A stretch of DNA of 64,000 bases. It comes from a virus. Taxonomy: Duplodnaviria; Caudoviricetes. The DNA lies in IMG/VR virus record IMGVR_UViG_2551306228_000004, positions 32,001 through 96,000 of that record; one strand, given 5' to 3'. Below, in pieces: positions 59,169 through 64,000 of the stretch (positions are counted from its first letter, which is position 1; each line of letters begins with the position of its first letter). A program made the position numbers and the translations under genes. The notes under the pieces were generated by a model that saw only the letters and a list, made by a program, of their open reading frames with translations, was not told the DNA's origin and searched no databases.

Positions 59169-60754
59169 CTCAAAATACCACGTTCATCATAGACACTCCC
59201 TTCATCAGTTTGATGACGAATACAACGGTCCAGTCCCATTATGAGTGCTACAATACCGTCAATTTTCTCGACTGACTTTTCCTTATCTGGCTTGATATTG
59301 CCAGCGGGGTCTTGTCTCATGACTACGTTTTGTCCCATCCATTTCAGAACTGGATGCCCACCATGTTGAATCTTGCCTTCCATCATAAGTTTATAGAGTT
59401 CCTTAGATGGTGGACTCATATCCTTGTATCCCTGACCAAAAGGCACCATGGTCAAGCCCATCCCTTCTAGATTCTGAACCATCTGAGTCGCATTCCAACG
59501 GTCATAGGCTATCTCCTTGATATGATAGATTTCCGATAAGTCTTCTATAAATTTTTCGATAAAACCATAGTGAACAACATTTCCCTCCGTAGTTTTGATG
59601 TAGCCCTGACGCTCCCAAACATCATACAGAACATGGTCACGTCGACATCTCAGTTCCAGTGTATCCTCAGGTAGCCAAAAGTATGGCAGTACGATATAAT
59701 TTTCCTCTTCAAATCTAGGAGGAAATACCAAGACAAAAGCTGTTATATCGGACGTACTAGACAGGTCTAGCCCTGCATAGCAACTACGACCCTTGAGGCT
59801 TTCATATTGAATAGGATCATTTCCCTTGGCATAAACATGTTCTGGAATCCAAGCAACACTTGAACTTGTCCACATATTTAGACGGAGCTGCTTAAAGACA
59901 TTCTCTTCTGCTGGGTTATCAAGTGCCTGTTGGTAGGCTTCTCTTACACGATCAATCCCAATTGTATGCCCTAGTGAAGGGTTGGCTCTTCTCCAGTTTG
60001 CTTCATCATTCCAATCATCTTCATCGGATAATCCATAAACCACAGGATAGAATGACGTGTCCTTCTTTCTACCATTCAAAATATCCAATGCTTTAGTATG
60101 CAATTCATAACAGATGGAGTTCCTATCCGTTCCAGCTGTCGTGATAATAAAAAAGAGGGGTTGTTCCCTTGCATCTCCTGACCCTTTGGTCAATACATCA
60201 TACAAATGGCGATTTGGCTGAGCATGGATTTCATCAAAGACCAAGCCAGATACGTTCAGTCCATGTTTTGTCCCAGTTTCTGCTGAAAGAACTTGGTAAA
60301 ACCCAGCGTTAGAATAATTTACAATACGCTTAGTAGCACCCATTATCTTAGAACGCTTTTCCAAGGGGCGACTCATCTGCACCATCTGCTTGGCTACATC
60401 AAATACGATTGACGCTTGGTTTCGGTCACAAGCCGCACCATAAACTTCTGCACTGGCTTCATTATCAGCATAAAGCAGATAAAGAGCGATAGCTGCTGCT
60501 AGCTCAGACTTGCCATTCTTCTTTGGAATTTCTATATAGGCTGTTAGGAATTGACGGTTGCCATCCTCCTTGACAATTCCAAATAGGTCACGGACAATCT
60601 GTTCCTGCCACGGCAACAAATCAAATCGCTTTCCTGCCCACTTGCCTTTGGTGTGGGAGAGGTTATTGATAAATGTAACTGCCCTATCAGCCTTTGCCTT
60701 ATCATAGTGTGAGGAGGGAAGCATGAATGGACTTGGTTCATAATGATAACTCAT
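59162..60754 (-). CDS. terL: Terminase large subunit
   Basis: LLPWQ, PKKNGKS, FDEIH, ITTAG, GLDLS, KIDG. Confidence 0.93.
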   Translation of the reverse strand: MSYHYEPSPFMLPSSHYDKAKADRAVTFINNLSHTKGKWAGKRFDLLPWQEQIVRDLFGIVKEDGNRQFLTAYIEIPKKNGKSELAAAIALYLLYADNEASAEVYGAACDRNQASIVFDVAKQMVQMSRPLEKRSKIMGATKRIVNYSNAGFYQVLSAETGTKHGLNVSGLVFDEIHAQPNRHLYDVLTKGSGDAREQPLFFIITTAGTDRNSICYELHTKALDILNGRKKDTSFYPVVYGLSDEDDWNDEANWRRANPSLGHTIGIDRVREAYQQALDNPAEENVFKQLRLNMWTSSSVAWIPEHVYAKGNDPIQYESLKGRSCYAGLDLSSTSDITAFVLVFPPRFEEENYIVLPYFWLPEDTLELRCRRDHVLYDVWERQGYIKTTEGNVVHYGFIEKFIEDLSEIYHIKEIAYDRWNATQMVQNLEGMGLTMVPFGQGYKDMSPPSKELYKLMMEGKIQHGGHPVLKWMGQNVVMRQDPAGNIKPDKEKSVEKIDGIVALIMGLDRCIRHQTDEGSVYDERGILSF

Positions 60755-61224
60755 AAAATTCCTCCTAACAAATCTTCCATTTCATCACCAGTACCAACTT
60801 CTGAATCCATCGTAGCTAATCGGTTTCGTGCCGAAGGTGTCAAACCAAACTGTTCACAGAACTTAAGCATGATTTTGAGGTTAGTCTGGCTGATAGAGAC
60901 TTGAGGGACTTGTTGGAGATAGCCATTCGGGGTTTTGATAATGGAGCCATGCTTGGTAAGGAACTCTTCTGCCTCTTTCCAGCGAGCGTAAGCTTGACAA
61001 TAACCTGCAAATGCAGTCATGTCCATTTCGGTCAAAATTCCCATCTGTTCGAGAATTTTTCCCATCCGTTTCCACTCCTTCTTTGCATCATCTTCAAGCC
61101 ACTGTGGGCAACGTGGGGCTTTTTGTTTTGGTTTGACTTCATTCGTAGGGAGTGGTCGCTTACCAGGATTTCCCTCAAGTATTTTCATATTCGTAGGCTT
61201 TGGTTTTCGCCCCCTGATTGCCAC
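60751..61224 (-). CDS. terS: Terminase small subunit (P27 family)
   Basis: GRKPKP...GNPGKR...FGLTPSAR. Confidence 0.9.
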   Translation of the reverse strand: MAIRGRKPKPTNMKILEGNPGKRPLPTNEVKPKQKAPRCPQWLEDDAKKEWKRMGKILEQMGILTEMDMTAFAGYCQAYARWKEAEEFLTKHGSIIKTPNGYLQQVPQVSISQTNLKIMLKFCEQFGLTPSARNRLATMDSEVGTGDEMEDLLGGIL

Positions 61225-61272
61225 AATCTCACCTCCTTTAGAGTAAAAAAAGAACTCAATTCGAGCTCCTTC

Positions 61273-61503
61273 CTAAAGTTCATTAAAGTTATCAAGAACA
61301 GCCTGACAAACTGTTCTATCAATATCGTCCATGTTATCTATTTCATTCCCATATCTATATTGGTAGATATATTCACCATCACGTTTTATTGTCAGAATTC
61401 TAATCCAAGCACCGTCTATATTTCTCGGGTCTGTTGTATCTTCACGGAGAAATTCACAAACGTAATGCCTATCACCAACCGTTCGAGTCATTATTTCCCA
61501 CAT
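61273..61503 (-). CDS. Phage hypothetical protein
   Basis: 76-aa ORF coupled to the upstream gene. Confidence 0.65.
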   Translation of the reverse strand: MWEIMTRTVGDRHYVCEFLREDTTDPRNIDGAWIRILTIKRDGEYIYQYRYGNEIDNMDDIDRTVCQAVLDNFNEL

Positions 61504-61504
61504 C

Positions 61505-61717
61505 TTACTTTACCTTTTCCACGATATCTATTCCATATAAAACATTCAGGCAACTGCCATTTTCCCACTTAACTAAGAGTGAGCCAATGTCATCCACTCC
61601 AATAACTGTACCAAGTGTTCCTTTAGGAACTGGATGTGGATCATCCATTTTTACTAATCTAACCTTTGTACCAACCGGATAGATTGTCTTTAGGTTATTG
61701 AAAATTTTTGTGTCCAT
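61505..61717 (-). CDS. DUF4314-like phage protein
   Basis: YPVGTKVRLVKMDDP...GTV..VDDIG...WENGS. Confidence 0.75.
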   Translation of the reverse strand: MDTKIFNNLKTIYPVGTKVRLVKMDDPHPVPKGTLGTVIGVDDIGSLLVKWENGSCLNVLYGIDIVEKVK

Positions 61718-61718
61718 G

Positions 61719-61967
61719 TTATTCTCCAAACATATCGAATGCCCACTTGACAGCGTGACCAAGATCCGTAACAATTATTGATTCCTTGTATATGCGATTA
61801 AGTCGGCATTCAAATAGTTCAAATTCTTCAAGGCTATCAATGATTTCGTAAATCTCAACTACTGTATCTTTGTTTCCTTTGGATGCAACGATAACCCATT
61901 CCTTGTAAGGAATGATACTTGCAGTTGTTGGGTAGGTTTCATAGAGTTTTTCAAGTGTTGTTGTCAT
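61719..61967 (-). CDS. Phage hypothetical protein
   Basis: Start MTTTLE behind GAGGAG. Confidence 0.65.
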   Translation of the reverse strand: MTTTLEKLYETYPTTASIIPYKEWVIVASKGNKDTVVEIYEIIDSLEEFELFECRLNRIYKESIIVTDLGHAVKWAFDMFGE

Positions 61968-62060
61968 GGTTTTGTTCTCCTCTTCTTTTGTTGTGTACAT
62001 ATTAACTCTAAAGGAGACTTATATCCAGTCATTTATAGATTATTTTGAAGGTATTTTCGA

Positions 62061-63320
62061 CTATTTTTCACTTGCTAGAATGGCACATCCAATGGCATAG
62101 ACAACTGTTACCGTCACTCCATTTCCAGCTTGTTTATATAGTTGGGCATCGGAGTTTACTTCTTGGGCTTTTTCGAACAAATCATCCGAAAATCCTTGTA
62201 GCCGAAAACATTCTCGAGGGGTTAATCGTCTGATTTTTACAACTCGATCATTCCAAACCACAGCACCCATTTGACCACCGCATGATAGGTTATGGGCGAT
62301 TCCTTTCCCAACTCTTGCTCGTCTAGTTGGAGAGTTGGGATAAGATAAATCCACTGAATCACCTACCTCAGCAACTTGATAACCTTGCTTTGTACCATTT
62401 CTGACCTTGATACCTTCAAGAACACCATGGCGGTCTTGAGAGGTCAATGTGAACATTGGCTCATCCTGTTCCTTGAGCCTGCGTCCATTTTGACGCTTGT
62501 TGATTCGATTGGGTGTCAGAATGGGTTGAATTTCTAGTACTCCAGAATTCATAGCCGTCCGTTTTGTAGCTCCAGCAGTATATCGTGCGGTGATACATCG
62601 TGCCTCATCTGTCAACTTTGGTTCGGTCAAAGATTGGTCAATTAGATAAAGACCTGTCCTACAACCAAACCCACCACCATTACCACAAAGAGTACAAGAC
62701 ACACCGCTTATATCATAGATACGTTTTCCTTGTCTACCACCTACAAGTTGCTTAAGATGGCTACCGCTTTCTCCGCTGATAGGTAGTACTTTTCGTCGAC
62801 CTCTGCTTCTAAGATGTCCGAGAGTGTAGATGCGTTCTCGATTTTGGGGAACTCCGTAGTCTTTTGAATTGAACACTTGCCACTCGAGGTCGTACCCTGC
62901 TTCATCCAAGATAGAGAGATAGTCGAGATAATCTCGTCCCCCGCCACTTGATAAAAGTCCCTTAACATTTTCAAGGAGTATCCACTCGGGTTTATCTTCT
63001 TCCTCTTGGCTTTGGAGGATATCAACAAATGTAAAAAAGAGTCCACTTCGTTCACCGTATAGGCCTGCTCGCTTTCCTGCGATAGACACATTTTGACAAG
63101 GGCTTCCCGCACACCAGAGATCTGCTTTTGGAAGTTGTGTTGGGTCAATGCTTGTGATGTCGTCATGAAACCATTCTCCTTTCGTGTCGTACATTACTTC
63201 ATAAGATTTTCTTGCAAATTTATCCTTTTCACAGTAACCGATACATTTGAAACCAGCTAATTCCAAACCACGACGAAAACCACCCACTCCTGCAAAGAAA
63301 TCAAGAAAAGTTAAGGTCAT
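62061..63320 (-). CDS. Phage DNA (cytosine-5) methyltransferase
   Basis: DFFAGVGG, GSPCQ, ENV, QNRER, RRLTPRECFRLQGF, YKQAGNGV. Confidence 0.93.
   Translation of the reverse strand: MTLTFLDFFAGVGGFRRGLELAGFKCIGYCEKDKFARKSYEVMYDTKGEWFHDDITSIDPTQLPKADLWCAGSPCQNVSIAGKRAGLYGERSGLFFTFVDILQSQEEEDKPEWILLENVKGLLSSGGGRDYLDYLSILDEAGYDLEWQVFNSKDYGVPQNRERIYTLGHLRSRGRRKVLPISGESGSHLKQLVGGRQGKRIYDISGVSCTLCGNGGGFGCRTGLYLIDQSLTEPKLTDEARCITARYTAGATKRTAMNSGVLEIQPILTPNRINKRQNGRRLKEQDEPMFTLTSQDRHGVLEGIKVRNGTKQGYQVAEVGDSVDLSYPNSPTRRARVGKGIAHNLSCGGQMGAVVWNDRVVKIRRLTPRECFRLQGFSDDLFEKAQEVNSDAQLYKQAGNGVTVTVVYAIGCAILASEK
62741..63166 (-). CDS. Putative overprinted (+1 frame) MTase beta-like polypeptide
   Basis: 141 stop-free codons; AAAGGAG SD 9 nt before the ATG; LSDILE.EV...YYLS shared with ORF 33838..34260. 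Confidence 0.62.
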   Translation of the reverse strand: MTTSQALTQHNFQKQISGVREALVKMCLSQESEQAYTVNEVDSFLHLLISSKAKRKKINPSGYSLKMLRDFYQVAGDEIISTISLSWMKQGTTSSGKCSIQKTTEFPKIENASTLSDILEAEVDEKYYLSAEKAVAILSNL

Positions 63321-64000
63321 ACCGTCTCCTCCATCATTGAATAGGCTTCATCAAAGGTCAAAGTCTGGCCATCACGCAATACCGTCACGTTATCATTTCC
63401 TGTTGACTCTATATAACGTTTGACAATGACATCCACAAACTTCTCATCCAACTCAATACCGTAACAAACCCTTCCAGTTTGGTCTGCGGCCATTAGGGTC
63501 GAACCAGAACCAAGGAATGGATCCAGAACAATCGTCCCACGCATCGATGAATTTTGAATAGGATAGGCCATCAGAGGAATTGGTTTCATCGTTGGGTGGT
63601 CTTTACTGGATTTTGGACGGTCATATTCCCAAATGGTTGTCTGTTTACGGTCACTGAACCACTGATGTTTTCCCTTTTGTTTCCAGCCAAAGAGACATGG
63701 TTCATGTTGCCACTGGTAGAGACTACGTCCAAGCACTAATGAATTCTTCTTCCAAATGCAACATCCACTGAGATAAAAACCAGCATCCTTAAATGCCTTA
63801 CGGAAGTTCAATCCTTCTGTATCCGCATGAAATACATAGATGGAGGCATCAGATTCTATATGTTTTTCTACCTGAGTGAACATGTCAAAAAGAAACTGGT
63901 AAAAATCACTATCTGGCATATTATCATTGAGAATCTTTCCAGCTGTTTCTTCCACGTCAACATTATAAGGAGGATCGGTCACAACCAAATTTGCCTTTTT
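63317..64000 (-). CDS. N6A/N4C DNA methyltransferase (beta class), 3' part; N-terminus beyond the window
   Basis: TDPPY, HPTMKP, LDPFLGSGST, GIELD. Confidence 0.88.
   Translation of the reverse strand, partial: KKANLVVTDPPYNVDVEETAGKILNDNMPDSDFYQFLFDMFTQVEKHIESDASIYVFHADTEGLNFRKAFKDAGFYLSGCCIWKKNSLVLGRSLYQWQHEPCLFGWKQKGKHQWFSDRKQTTIWEYDRPKSSKDHPTMKPIPLMAYPIQNSSMRGTIVLDPFLGSGSTLMAADQTGRVCYGIELDEKFVDVIVKRYIESTGNDNVTVLRDGQTLTFDEAYSMMEETV

Larger units (their letters stand above)
35801..64000 (-). mobile_element. Phi-m46.1-like siphovirus prophage (partial; continues right of the window)
   Basis: Serine recombinase pair, lysis, tail, HK97-type head, terminase and MTase genes in canonical order. 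Confidence 0.92.

Noticed and set aside
567-63739. Numerous plus-strand ORFs in the track (e.g. 38004..38519, 50435..50908, 60901..61572)
   Set aside because: They are antisense shadows of well-supported minus-strand genes, without recognisable motifs.

Overview
Streptococcal (most likely S. suis-like) accessory DNA made of two large mobile elements in tandem; essentially all real genes are on the minus strand. Positions 1 to ~35800 are the repA-side part of a Tn5252/ICESa2603-family integrative conjugative element (ICE). It carries repA, a C5 DNA methyltransferase, an Spx/ArsC-like protein, VirD4/VirB4/VirB6/PrgI, a CHAP hydrolase, an antigen I/II adhesin and an SNF2 helicase-methylase. Cargo in the ICE: an Abi_2/AbiF HEPN gene, a group IIA intron (7375-9769) splitting the SNF2 gene, and a tnpV-tet(O) cassette inserted in the 3' end of a core gene. 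Positions ~35801-64000 are part of a Phi-m46.1-like siphovirus prophage: GmrSD-type nuclease, two large serine recombinases, lysis, tail, head and packaging genes, a Phd-Doc module and two DNA methyltransferases. The two elements meet at a copy of the rumA 3' end (att-like site). The most notable observations are (i) a promoter-plus-terminator-bounded ~60-nt structured RNA directly behind the AbiF-like gene, a candidate RNA antitoxin; (ii) homologous ~140-aa ORFs with their own RBS overprinted in the +1 frame of both C5 methyltransferases; (iii) a thrice-repeated promoter motif TTGTGATA-N7-CAAG-N10-TAT(G/T)AT in front of ICE operons; and (iv) exact EBS/IBS pairing of the intron with its SNF2 target. 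Family assignments come from motif recognition, not database searches.
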